DNA of 29,091 nt from Dehalococcoidia bacterium (GCA_030740155.1 JASLXV010000065.1:1-29091); one strand, 5' to 3'. Positions 19,518-28,603 are shown, counted from the first letter of the stretch. A program made the numbers and translations. The notes: generated from the sequence alone by a model not told the origin.

Positions 19518-19577
19518 CCCTTCGACAAGCTTAGGGTGAACGGGTTCTCACCGTTCGTGGTGAGCTTGTCGAACCAC
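19518..19577. repeat. Head-to-head pair of REP-like hairpin units
   Basis: CCCTTCGACAAGCTTAGGGTGAACGG-gttctca-CCGTTCGTGGTGAGCTTGTCGAACCAC. Confidence 0.8.
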
Positions 19578-19638
19578 AACACTCGGTAGTTGGATCGGTA
19601 CCTAGATAGGCGCCAAGCCCCAAACGGGAGAGAACGCG

Positions 19639-20859
19639 GTGGACTTCGAGCACCACTACACCAAGGAACAGCGGCAGTTCCGCCAGGAGGTAATCGCCTG
19701 GCTGGACGCCAACCTGTCACCGGAGATGCAGCACACCGGAGAGCCCCGGGATTTGGACCGGGCCACCTGGGAGCGGCACATGTCCTTCCGGCGCAAGTTG
19801 GGAGAGAAGGGATGGCTGGCGCCCACCGGCCCCCTGGAGTGGGGTGGCGGGGACCTCAGTCCGGACCACGCTCTGGTACTACGGGAGGAGCTGGGCAGCC
19901 GGGGGCTTCAGTGGTCCCTGGAAGACGGGTCCGCTTCCCTTCGGGCGGCCCTCCAGCAGCGGGGAACTCCGGAGCAGAAGAGCGAATACCTTTCCACCAT
20001 CTCCAGGGGGCAAGTAACAATCTGGCGCCTCTCCAGGGAGCCGGGGGCCGAGCTGGATGCCGCCAATCTGGGCGTCCGGGCCCATCGAGACGGCGACGAC
20101 CACATTCTGAACGGCGCGGAGCTGTTTGCCGGGCAGGGCTTCGGCCCCGACTACCTGTGGACCCTGGCCCTCACCGGCCCAGACGCTCCTTCCCACCAGG
20201 CCACTGCCACCTTCCTGGTCCCCGCCGGCCTGAAGGGCATCAGCATCCAGACCTCCAACTCGCTGCTCCCTGGGGAGGCCCACCGGGTCACCTTCGACAA
20301 CGTGGTGGTCCCCCCTCGCTGTTTGCTGGGGGAGGAGGGCGAGGGGTGGCTCCTGATGCAGGACACCCCGGCGGACGTGGAGGCCATGTATCCTCCCGCC
20401 CAGGACCAAGAGCTGGGCGACCTGTTCCAGTATGCGAGTGAGACCGCCCGGGATGGCGTCACCCTGAGCGAGGACCCCGTCCTCCAGCAGCTCCTGGTGG
20501 ATGCGTACATCGCCAGCCATCTCACGCGCCTGCTCAGAACACGAAATGCCTGGATGGCCGCCAACGGGCGGCAACTCACCTACCACAGAGCCCAGGCTGC
20601 CCTTCTGGAGAAGCGTGCCGCCCTGCGCCTGTCCCGGCTGGTTCGGGATGTCATGGGTATGTACGCCCTCCTGGACCATCAAGACCCCCGGGCCCCCGCC
20701 CAGGGCAGGTTAGAGGTCCAGCAGCGACGGAGTCTAGCCCGTCAGAATCCCACCGGCGGCCCGGAGGTCCAGGCAAGGGAATTCGCCAAGCGCCTGGGGA
20801 TGGATCTGAGGAAAGGAGAAAGAGCGCCTCCTCCCGGCGGCGTCTCACCGGCCAGGTGA
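19639..20859 (+). CDS. Divergent acyl-CoA dehydrogenase-like protein (ACAD-5), probably non-catalytic
   Basis: Overall ACAD architecture, but degenerate motifs (REPGAELDAA, NGAELF) and no LxxE(R/H) after GEGW; GTG start. Confidence 0.85.
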   Translation: MDFEHHYTKEQRQFRQEVIAWLDANLSPEMQHTGEPRDLDRATWERHMSFRRKLGEKGWLAPTGPLEWGGGDLSPDHALVLREELGSRGLQWSLEDGSASLRAALQQRGTPEQKSEYLSTISRGQVTIWRLSREPGAELDAANLGVRAHRDGDDHILNGAELFAGQGFGPDYLWTLALTGPDAPSHQATATFLVPAGLKGISIQTSNSLLPGEAHRVTFDNVVVPPRCLLGEEGEGWLLMQDTPADVEAMYPPAQDQELGDLFQYASETARDGVTLSEDPVLQQLLVDAYIASHLTRLLRTRNAWMAANGRQLTYHRAQAALLEKRAALRLSRLVRDVMGMYALLDHQDPRAPAQGRLEVQQRRSLARQNPTGGPEVQAREFAKRLGMDLRKGERAPPPGGVSPAR

Positions 20860-20954
20860 TTATTTTCCGGGTGTGGGCAGCGGGGGCTGGGTGAGAAGTG
20901 TGAAGCCCGGCTGCGGGCGAACGAATCAGGCGACATATTCACAAGGAGGTTACC

Positions 20955-22091
20955 ATGGACCTATCGCTCACTGAGTCGCAGGTCATGCTCAAGACATCGG
21001 CCACCGATTTCCTGAACGCGGAACTCCCAAAAGAGCGGGTGCTGGAGATTGACGACAGCCCCACCGGATTCGACCCGGAACTCTGGCGAAGGATATGCGA
21101 GTTGGGATGGGCCAGCATGGTGATCCCCGAGGAGTACGACGGCACCGGACTCTCCTTCACCGACCTGGGCGTCATCTACGAGGTCTTGGGAAACTACGCC
21201 TGCTCCAGTCCTCACCTGGACTCGGCGGTCCTGAGCGCTCAGGCCATTCTTGAAGCCGGAGACGACTCCCAGAAGAAAGCCCTCCTGCCAACCATCGCCG
21301 AGGGGCAACAGATATTCTCCTTCGCCTTCACGGAGCCCGAGTACGGGTGGGGCCCTAATTCCATCCAACTGCCGGCCACCCGCCGCAACGGGAACTACGT
21401 CCTCAACGGCACCAAGCTATTCATACCCTGGGCCCACGTTGCCGACCAGATACTGGTTGTCGCCCGCACCTCCGAGGGGTCTTCACCCGATCAGGGCATC
21501 TCTCTCTTCCTGGTGGATAAGAACGCCAAGGGCCTCTCCACCCGCCTGCAAAGCGGCTGGATCGGGGACAAGGTTTGCGAGATCACTTTCGACAATGTTG
21601 AAGTGCCGGCTTCCGGCGTCCTGGGACCCATCGGCGAGGCCTGGCCAGCCGTCGAGCGCGCCATGGACCGGGCCACCGCCGTCCTCTGCACCTACATGGC
21701 CGGGGGCGCCACGAGGGTGTACGAGATGGCCAGAGAGTACAGCCAGACGCGCATCGCCTTCGGCGTCCCCATCGGGACCTTCCAGTGGGTCCAGACCGAC
21801 GTTATCGACGCCCTGACCGAGGCCGACTCCGCCACCTGGACCGCCTATGAGGCCCTATGGAGGCTGGACAACGGGCACGCGGACGCTCCCCTGGGGATTT
21901 CCATGGCCAAGGCGGTTGCCAGTGTGGGCTTCTCCAAGGCCTGCGACGCCACCCACAACGTGCATGCCGGCATCGGCGTGGACCTGGATTTCGGCCTCAC
22001 CCACTACACGAAGCGGGCGCGCACGTTCCAGCAGTACCTGGGAGACGCCATCTTCCATAAGCAGCGCATGGCCCGGCTCATACGCCTGTAA
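20955..22091 (+). CDS. Acyl-CoA dehydrogenase, FadE27/FadE28-like partner-subunit type (ACAD-6)
   Basis: MDLSLTESQ, IPEEYDGTG, LNGTKLFI, YSQTRIAFGVPIGTFQ, VHAGIG; AAGGAGG RBS. Confidence 0.92.
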   Translation: MDLSLTESQVMLKTSATDFLNAELPKERVLEIDDSPTGFDPELWRRICELGWASMVIPEEYDGTGLSFTDLGVIYEVLGNYACSSPHLDSAVLSAQAILEAGDDSQKKALLPTIAEGQQIFSFAFTEPEYGWGPNSIQLPATRRNGNYVLNGTKLFIPWAHVADQILVVARTSEGSSPDQGISLFLVDKNAKGLSTRLQSGWIGDKVCEITFDNVEVPASGVLGPIGEAWPAVERAMDRATAVLCTYMAGGATRVYEMAREYSQTRIAFGVPIGTFQWVQTDVIDALTEADSATWTAYEALWRLDNGHADAPLGISMAKAVASVGFSKACDATHNVHAGIGVDLDFGLTHYTKRARTFQQYLGDAIFHKQRMARLIRL

Positions 22092-22101
22092 TCCTGGAGG
22101 G

Positions 22102-22188
22102 GCAGAGCTTAACCCGTTAGCTCTGTTGACATCCCGCCCGAGGTAGGTTTTCTTGGGAGGGGCTTTCCCGGCCCTTCCCAAAGAACCT
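22102..22188. terminator. Two hairpins between convergent genes (candidate bidirectional terminator)
   Basis: CAGAGCtTAAC-cc-GTTAGCTCTG and AGGTTTTCTTGGGAGGGGC..GCCCTTCCCAAAGAACCT. Confidence 0.5.
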
Positions 22189-22260
22189 CCGAGGGCTGAG
22201 CCCAATCACGATAGCAATCCCGGCCGCAATCCTCCCTCACGAAAAAGCGGCACGGCTACC

Positions 22261-23559
22261 CTATTGGTCTGCCGCCGCCAGGTATTCTGTTCCGATGATC
22301 TGCTGGTGCTCCAACTCCCCAATCTCCGCTTCCGAAAGCCCCAAAAGGCCGCCCAGTATTTGAGAGTTGTGCTCGCCGAGCACGGGCCCCAGCATCCGTA
22401 TGCTCAGCGGGGTCTTATTGAACTTCCAGGACGGCCTGGGGTAGAGGTGGGTCCCCGCCTCTTTGTGTGTCGCCAGATCGAAGAAGCCCCGAGCCTTCAG
22501 GTGAGGATCGACGAGGATTTCCTCGGCGTTTTGGACTGGACCCGCCGGGACCTTCGCGGCCTGGAGGAGTCGCATGACCTCCCAGGGACTGCGCTGGATG
22601 GTCCACTCCTCGATGAGTGGGTTCAACTCGGCTTGGTTGTTCCGGCGGCTCACGGCGTCGGCGAACCGGTCCTCCGCGGCCCAGCCGGGGTCCCCAATGG
22701 CGTGACGGAAGCGGGCCCAGGCCTGGTCGTTGGGCACGGCAATGGTTACCCATGAGTCCTCGCCCTGGCAGCGGTAGCAGCCGTGGGGCGCCATGGTAGG
22801 GTGCGCATTCCCCATGGGACGCCCGACTCGACCGTTCATGGTGTAGTCCATGAAGGCTTCCCCCAGATGGGGCAAGAACGTCTCACCCTCGCTGATATCG
22901 ATGAATTGACCTTTGCCGGTGCGCCGGCGGTAGTTGAGGGCAGCAAGGGCGGCAAAGGCAGCGGTCATGCCGGACACGCTGTCGGAGTGGTAATGAGGCT
23001 GGACTTTGGTTGGATCTCCATCGGAGTAGCCTCTCAAGCTGATATGCCCTGACAAGGCATCGAGGTCGGTGCCCATGCCCCGATGCGCCCGGTAGGGCCC
23101 GGTGTTGCCCAACAGCGGCATGGAAACTACCACGATACCGGGGTTGATGCCGGATAGCACTTCATATCCCAGACCGAGCTTTTCGTATACTCCCGCGGCG
23201 AAGTTTTCAATAATCACGTCGCTCACAGCTACCAACTGTTTGAAAAGGTCGATACCTCTGGGGTGGGCGAGGTTCAGCGTGATGCCCATCTTATTCCGGT
23301 TCGAGCCGTTGTATTTCGGCTCCCGGTTGTACGGCCGCTCTCCCGGGATGCCGTCGGGATAGGTCCAGTTGGCCGGGCTGATCGACGCGGGTCTGGTGGC
23401 AGGGGTCCTGAGCTGGCCTCTCCATCTTGCCCCGCGCTGGATACTCTCCACGCGGATGACCTCCGCGCCCAGATCGCCCAGGAGCGTACAGCCGTAGGGA
23501 CCGGCCAGTACGTCTCCTCCATCAATAACCCGGAATCCCTCGAGAGGAAGTCTCGACAT
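22261..23559 (-). CDS. Family III CoA-transferase (Asp-containing, BbsF-like subunit)
   Basis: PLEGFRVID..AGP..LGDLGAEVIRVES, NRNK, DVIIENF, HSDSVSG. The ATG at 23559 is best spaced from AAGGAG. Confidence 0.93.
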   Translation of the reverse strand: MSRLPLEGFRVIDGGDVLAGPYGCTLLGDLGAEVIRVESIQRGARWRGQLRTPATRPASISPANWTYPDGIPGERPYNREPKYNGSNRNKMGITLNLAHPRGIDLFKQLVAVSDVIIENFAAGVYEKLGLGYEVLSGINPGIVVVSMPLLGNTGPYRAHRGMGTDLDALSGHISLRGYSDGDPTKVQPHYHSDSVSGMTAAFAALAALNYRRRTGKGQFIDISEGETFLPHLGEAFMDYTMNGRVGRPMGNAHPTMAPHGCYRCQGEDSWVTIAVPNDQAWARFRHAIGDPGWAAEDRFADAVSRRNNQAELNPLIEEWTIQRSPWEVMRLLQAAKVPAGPVQNAEEILVDPHLKARGFFDLATHKEAGTHLYPRPSWKFNKTPLSIRMLGPVLGEHNSQILGGLLGLSEAEIGELEHQQIIGTEYLAAADQ

Positions 23560-23615
23560 CAGCATCTCCTTACCGTGCCCCCGGTTGCGATGCCCAAGGG
23601 CAGGGTTCGCTGGGC

Positions 23616-24830
23616 TCAGATTATTCCCGCTTCCCGCAGCCGCACCAGGTCGATCTTGGAGTACCCGAGGCGGCCGGAGTACATCTCATCATTGTGCTGC
23701 CCCAGCATGGGTGCGGGCCGGGCGGGCGGGCGGGGGGTCTCCGTCATCTTAGCCGGCGCCCCGGGGTACCGCAGCGGGCCCGTGGCGGGGTGGTCTACCT
23801 CTTCGAAGAACCCTCTCGCCACATTGTGCGGATCGTTCACCACCTCATCCACCGTCAGAAGCGGTGCGGCGAACACCCGTTCCGCTTGGGACAGGCGGGT
23901 GATCTCGAACTTGGTGCGCTCCGTGAGCCAGGGGCGAACCAAATTCAGAAGCTCGCCCACATTCTCCGACCGAGCGGCGAAGGTGGCAAAGCGCTCGTCA
24001 TCCAGCAACTCCGGCATGTCCAGCAGCTTCACCAGCCGGCTCCATTCACGCTGGGGAGGAGGCCCGGCGCCGGCGCCGGCCGCGACAAAATGTACGAAAC
24101 CATCCAGCGCCGGTAATATCCGTCCAGTCCCGCTAGCCCGCTTCTCCAAAAGCCCGCTGTAGATGTATTTTGTGAGTGAAGCAATGCCGGCGCCCGTGCC
24201 CAGCCAGGACTCCACTATAGAGACATCTATCTGCTGCCCTTCTCCCTGGAGCCGGGCCCCCATGATACCCGCCATGGTAGCCAGAGCGGCCGTATTCCCC
24301 GCGAGGTATTGGGATATAGCGCCGCCCAGGTATATGGGCTCCCGGTCGAGCAAACCTGTCTGGGCCATATGGCATTCCATGGCGTACAGGGTAATCTCCG
24401 TGGCCACGAAGTCCCGGTAGGGCCCGGTCTGTCCGAAATTCGAGATCGACGTCATGATTACCCAGGGGTTGACCTTAGCCAGCTCTTCATAGGACAGGCC
24501 AAAACCGGGCATGACCCGGGGCGCGAAGTTCTCGACCACCACATCCACATTCTTCAGCAGCTCTTTGAAGATACGGACTCCCTCTGGGGTTTTCAGGTTG
24601 AGGGTGATACCTAGCTTGTTGGTGTTGAGGTGGAGGAAGAGCCCGCTCTTGTCCGGATGCGGCTCGTCCCGGTAAAAGGGCCCGACATTGCGAGCGGGGT
24701 CTCCGCGGCCCGGCGGCTCCACTTTGATAACCTCCGCGCCGTAATCAGCCAGGAGTTTCGTGCAGTATGGCCCGGCGACGTGGTGAGTAAGATCGAGAAC
24801 CTTGATGTCACTGAGAGCGGTGTCCGGCAT
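23616..24830 (-). CDS. Family III CoA-transferase (Asp-lacking, BbsE-like subunit)
   Basis: ALSDIKVLDLT..AGPYCTKLLADYGAEVIKVEPP, FLHLNTNK, SISNFGQTGPYRD, ISQYLAG. Confidence 0.93.
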   Translation of the reverse strand: MPDTALSDIKVLDLTHHVAGPYCTKLLADYGAEVIKVEPPGRGDPARNVGPFYRDEPHPDKSGLFLHLNTNKLGITLNLKTPEGVRIFKELLKNVDVVVENFAPRVMPGFGLSYEELAKVNPWVIMTSISNFGQTGPYRDFVATEITLYAMECHMAQTGLLDREPIYLGGAISQYLAGNTAALATMAGIMGARLQGEGQQIDVSIVESWLGTGAGIASLTKYIYSGLLEKRASGTGRILPALDGFVHFVAAGAGAGPPPQREWSRLVKLLDMPELLDDERFATFAARSENVGELLNLVRPWLTERTKFEITRLSQAERVFAAPLLTVDEVVNDPHNVARGFFEEVDHPATGPLRYPGAPAKMTETPRPPARPAPMLGQHNDEMYSGRLGYSKIDLVRLREAGII

Positions 24831-25211
24831 AGCTATCCTCGCGGAAACCAGAGATCAGCGGGTGTACGGCCCGGCTAGAGAAGCGCCCCAACCTTGGGAG
24901 CGACGGACGCCCGTTCCGGCGGCGACGCCTCAACCAGAAGCATTTTGCAGCCACCCAGGGGCCCCTGAGGCGGTTGCCCGGCAAGACGGCAAGGATGACG
25001 CCCGACGCGGCCGGTTGGCAATGATCCAGGGGGAGCCCTCGAGCAGTGCGCCGCTCGAAAGGGCGGAGGTCCCTGCCCCGCCTTCAGGCGGGGCGACGAA
25101 GTCTTTTTCGAATGGCTTCCTGGCAGAGTATACTCAAAAGTACTACTTTCCGACACCCCATCCGCACTGGCGGGTGCATCTGGCCCCGCGCCCGGAACGA
25201 CTCTGACAGAA

Positions 25212-25240
25212 TTGACACGGTGGGGAGCCGTGAGTAACAT
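25212..25240 (+). promoter_or_regulatory. sigma70 promoter ahead of a long structured leader
   Basis: TTGACA-N17-TAACAT; the inverted repeat GGGGAGCCG..CGGCTCTCC brackets the -10 box. Confidence 0.6.
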
Positions 25241-25266
25241 GCGGCTCTCCAGGGTCGGTCCCGCCT

Positions 25267-25422
25267 GGACGTTTTGGGGAGTGGATGCGTGGCCTAAGCG
25301 GGGCTAAGGCCTTGAAGCTCAGGGGCATAGAAGGGTGGACCCAGGGTCCGGTGCTCCCGGCGAACCTTTCCGGCCGGCCCGGCATCCGATTCAATGGGGA
25401 CCTCACGCCCGGAAAACGGTCC
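25267..25422 (+). ncRNA. Candidate structured RNA (unclassified leader or sRNA)
   Basis: Nested stems found by eye: GGACGTTTT/AAAACGGTCC, GGATGC/GCATCC, and three internal hairpins; lies downstream of the promoter. Confidence 0.3.
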
Positions 25423-25466
25423 CTCCGCCTCAAGCCCCTACCCGGCTATTAACCAAGGAGTCAACG

Positions 25467-26888
25467 TTGGACCAAACACACGACCTCGTCATCATCGGCG
25501 GAGGGTCCGCTGGATTGACGGCGGCGAGCTTCGCCGTTCAATTGGGCCGGAAGGTGGCTCTGGTGGAACGGCAGCGGATCGGCGGCGATTGCACCTGGAC
25601 CGGTTGTGTTCCCAGCAAGGCCCTTCTCAAGGTGGCCCAGGTCGCCCACCAGATGCGCGACGCCGCTCGCTACGGCCTCGGCTCAGCCGAGCCCGCCGTG
25701 AAACTGAAAGCCGTAATGGCCCACGTGCGGACGGCGGTGGACGAAGTATACCGGTCCGAGTCTCCGGAGACGCTCCGGGCTGACGGGATCGAAGTCCTGG
25801 TGGGCCGGGCTAGGTTCCGGGACGCCAACACCCTCGAAATCGGTGACGGCGGCGACAAGCTGGAAGCGCGCCTTTTTCTCATTGTCACCGGCGCCCGGCC
25901 GTTCATCCCGCCCGTGCCCGGTTTGGAAGAGGTCGGTTACCTTACCTACGAAACGGTGTGGGATCTGGAGGAATTGCCGGAACGCCTCATCGTGGTAGGA
26001 GGAGGCCCCATCGGCTGCGAGTTGGCCCAGGCGTTCTGCCGGCTGGGGTCTCGCGTTACCCTTCTGGAAGCCGCGCCTCGGCTCCTGCTCCGGGACGACC
26101 CCGAAGCCGCGGACCTGGTGGAGCGGCAACTGATCGAAGAGGGTGTGGGCCTGCGCCTGGGCGCCACCATGCAGCGCGTGTGGCGAAACCCCGATGGAAT
26201 CCACGTTGGCCTGGGTGATGAGGAGGTAGTGGGCGACGCTCTTCTGCTATCCGTCGGGCGGCAGCCCAACGTGGCGGAACTTGATCTGGAAAATGCTGGG
26301 GTGGCCTACTCCGCAAAAGGCATCCAGGTGGACCGCTACCTTCACACCAGCCGGCGCCACATCTACGCCGCCGGAGATTGCGTGGGTGGTTACCAATTCA
26401 CCCACTACGCAGCCTGGCAAGGGTTCATGGCGGTGCGCAACGCGTTCCTGCCCGGCGCTACCCGTGCGGTCCTGGACCGGGTCCCCTGGACGACCTTTAC
26501 CGACCCGGAGGTGGCCCACGTGGGTTATACCGAGGAACAGGCCCGGGAAAAGTTCGGCGAAGGGGTCATGATTTGCCGCTGGACCATGGACCGGGTAGAC
26601 CGGGCCATCGCGGAAGGGAACACCTCGGGGTTCGTCAAGCTGGTCCACCGGCCTGATGGGACCGTCCTAGGCGCGACCATCGTCGCCCCAAGGGCCGGAG
26701 AGATGATACACGAGTGGAGCCTGGCGATCGACCGAGACCTGAAACTGGGCGACGTGGCCAACTCCATCCACGTTTATCCCACCTACTCCACATCCAACAT
26801 GCAGTCCGCCGCCCACATCCGGGTGGAGCAATTACTCGCCGGCACCTACGGCCGGGTCATCCGGGGTCTAGCCCGGCTGGCCCGGTGA
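25467..26888 (+). CDS. Pyridine nucleotide-disulfide oxidoreductase, MerA/LpdA-like
   Basis: IIGGGSAG, GGDCTWTGCVPSKALL, VGGGPIGCE, IYAAGD, FTDPEVAHVG, IHVYPT; no C-terminal Cys pair; TTG start behind AAGGAG. Confidence 0.92.
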   Translation: MDQTHDLVIIGGGSAGLTAASFAVQLGRKVALVERQRIGGDCTWTGCVPSKALLKVAQVAHQMRDAARYGLGSAEPAVKLKAVMAHVRTAVDEVYRSESPETLRADGIEVLVGRARFRDANTLEIGDGGDKLEARLFLIVTGARPFIPPVPGLEEVGYLTYETVWDLEELPERLIVVGGGPIGCELAQAFCRLGSRVTLLEAAPRLLLRDDPEAADLVERQLIEEGVGLRLGATMQRVWRNPDGIHVGLGDEEVVGDALLLSVGRQPNVAELDLENAGVAYSAKGIQVDRYLHTSRRHIYAAGDCVGGYQFTHYAAWQGFMAVRNAFLPGATRAVLDRVPWTTFTDPEVAHVGYTEEQAREKFGEGVMICRWTMDRVDRAIAEGNTSGFVKLVHRPDGTVLGATIVAPRAGEMIHEWSLAIDRDLKLGDVANSIHVYPTYSTSNMQSAAHIRVEQLLAGTYGRVIRGLARLAR

Positions 26889-27005
26889 CAGGGGTCCGGA
26901 GCAGGGGACCCAGCGGCCGCTTCGCTCGGCTGCTTCGGCGTAGGGCCTTGATCGCTTCATGTGTATTCTTCTAATCATCGCCTGGCGCGCTTGTTAAACA
27001 CCTCC

Positions 27006-28370
27006 TTATGCATCAACGGGGGCATCCACCGGCGGAAACAGGTGCACGTCCAGGGCCGCCTCGCACCAGCGGGCAGCCGCCAGGAGCCGGGCTTCCCGGA
27101 ACGGCGCTGCTACCAGCTGAATGCCGAGGGGCAGCCCGGAGGCCGCCAAGCCTGAGGGAATCGTTATGGCCGGTAGACCGCAAGAGGTCCAGGGCCCCTG
27201 GAAGATGGTGTTGCCGGTGTTGGTCAGGTCGGGAAGGGCCGGTGTTGGGGTCGACGGGGTTAGCAGAATGTCCGTCTTTTCCGCCACCTGCTCCATCTCG
27301 GCAGTGAACCGCCGCCGCCGCTCCAGGGCGCGGGAGTAGCTGACGGCGCCGGTGCCCAGTCCCCGCCGCAGCATCTCACGCAATAGGGGCTGGTAGTCCT
27401 CGGGCTGCCGTTCGAACGTTGCCTGATGGAAGCTTGCGGCCTCCACCGCCATGATTACCCGCTGGTCCTCGAAGGCCGAATCGATGCTGTCTGGCAACGT
27501 CACCTCTTCAACCCTGGCTCCGGCGCGGCTCAGGCGCTCCAAGACGTCATCCACGTTCCGGCGGGTCTCGGCGTCGGCCTGCTCGTAGAAGAACCGGCGA
27601 AGGAAGCCGACCCGCGGGAGTTCGGGCGACTGTAGCGTAGCCAGGTAGTCGGGCACGGGCTGTCGCGAGGTGCCCGGGTCCTGCGGATCGGGGCCGGCCA
27701 TGACCTGCAACAGGAGAGCCGCGTCCTCCACGGTGCGGGCCATCCAGCCTATGGTGTCCAGGTTCCAGCTGACCGGTATCACTCCGTGGCAGCTCACGCG
27801 CCCGTAGGTGGGCTTGAATCCGACCACTCCGTTGTACGAGGCCGGCCGCAGCACCGACCCGACAGTCTGAGACCCCAGAGCGGCGGGACACATGCGGGCC
27901 GCCACCGCCACGGCGGAGCCGCTGCTGGACCCGCCGGGGGTATGGGCGGGATTCCAGGGGTTCACCGTGGGAGATGGATCCAAGCAGGCGAATTCGGTGG
28001 TCACCGTCTTGCCCAGCACGATGGCCCCGGCCCGCTTCAACAGGGCCACGGTGGTGGCGTCATAATCCGGAACGAATCCGGCGTACACCTTGGAGCAGGC
28101 GGTGGTGGGGATTCCCGCGGTGTAGTAGATGTCCTTGAGCCCGAGCGGTACTCCATGGAGGGGCCCCACGGCGCCGCCGTCCAGCTGTGCCGCCTTTTGT
28201 GCCGCGTCGGCAAGGGCCGCATCGCCGTCCAAATAAACCCAGGCCTTGAGCCGAGGCTCCAGCGCGTCGATGCGGTGGAGCAAGGATTCCACCAGGTCGA
28301 CGGGAGATAGCTCCCGCCCGCGAATGAGGCGCGCCGCCTCGGCCGCTGAAAGTTCGTGGAGTTCTGGCAT
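27006..28370 (-). CDS. Amidase (amidase-signature family), paralogue of 3588-4946
   Basis: LHGVPLGLKD, TPGGSSSGS, GSQTVGS..RPASYNG. Confidence 0.95.
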   Translation of the reverse strand: MPELHELSAAEAARLIRGRELSPVDLVESLLHRIDALEPRLKAWVYLDGDAALADAAQKAAQLDGGAVGPLHGVPLGLKDIYYTAGIPTTACSKVYAGFVPDYDATTVALLKRAGAIVLGKTVTTEFACLDPSPTVNPWNPAHTPGGSSSGSAVAVAARMCPAALGSQTVGSVLRPASYNGVVGFKPTYGRVSCHGVIPVSWNLDTIGWMARTVEDAALLLQVMAGPDPQDPGTSRQPVPDYLATLQSPELPRVGFLRRFFYEQADAETRRNVDDVLERLSRAGARVEEVTLPDSIDSAFEDQRVIMAVEAASFHQATFERQPEDYQPLLREMLRRGLGTGAVSYSRALERRRRFTAEMEQVAEKTDILLTPSTPTPALPDLTNTGNTIFQGPWTSCGLPAITIPSGLAASGLPLGIQLVAAPFREARLLAAARWCEAALDVHLFPPVDAPVDA

Positions 28371-28565
28371 GGTTGTAGCTCTCCTGAATCTACGTGGATG
28401 GCGACGGTTGGGGCGCGTTGACCTGTTGCCTCATTGCCCTGGCATCTGCGATCCAGGTCCATCTATCATCGGACGCCACCTGTCGTAACTCTAAAATGAA
28501 GGCTCTCGATCCATTCCCGCCTCCAGGCCCCCCGGCGTTCAGCTGTTCCCACGCGATACGGTCCG

Positions 28566-28603
28566 CCTCACAATGTCACCCCGAGTGAAGCGAGGGGTCT
28601 CAG
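28566..28603 (+). repeat. REP-like unit A, overlapping the stop of the GIY-YIG gene
   Basis: CCTCACAATGTCACCCCGAGTGAAGCGAGGGGTCTCAG, identical to 29052-29089. Confidence 0.9.

Noticed and set aside
19408..19638. Frameshifted continuation of ACAD-4
   Set aside because: The downstream translations available show no ACAD C-terminal similarity, and part of the gap is repeat DNA.
25250..25430. SRP RNA or Moco/Tuco riboswitch identity for the structured leader
   Set aside because: The SRP signature (CAGG..GGAA..AGCAG) and a convincing Moco consensus are absent; left unclassified.
25467..26888. Mercuric reductase merA or lpdA assignment
   Set aside because: No C-terminal Cys-Cys, no NmerA domain and no mer genes; YPT replaces the HPT of lipoamide dehydrogenase.
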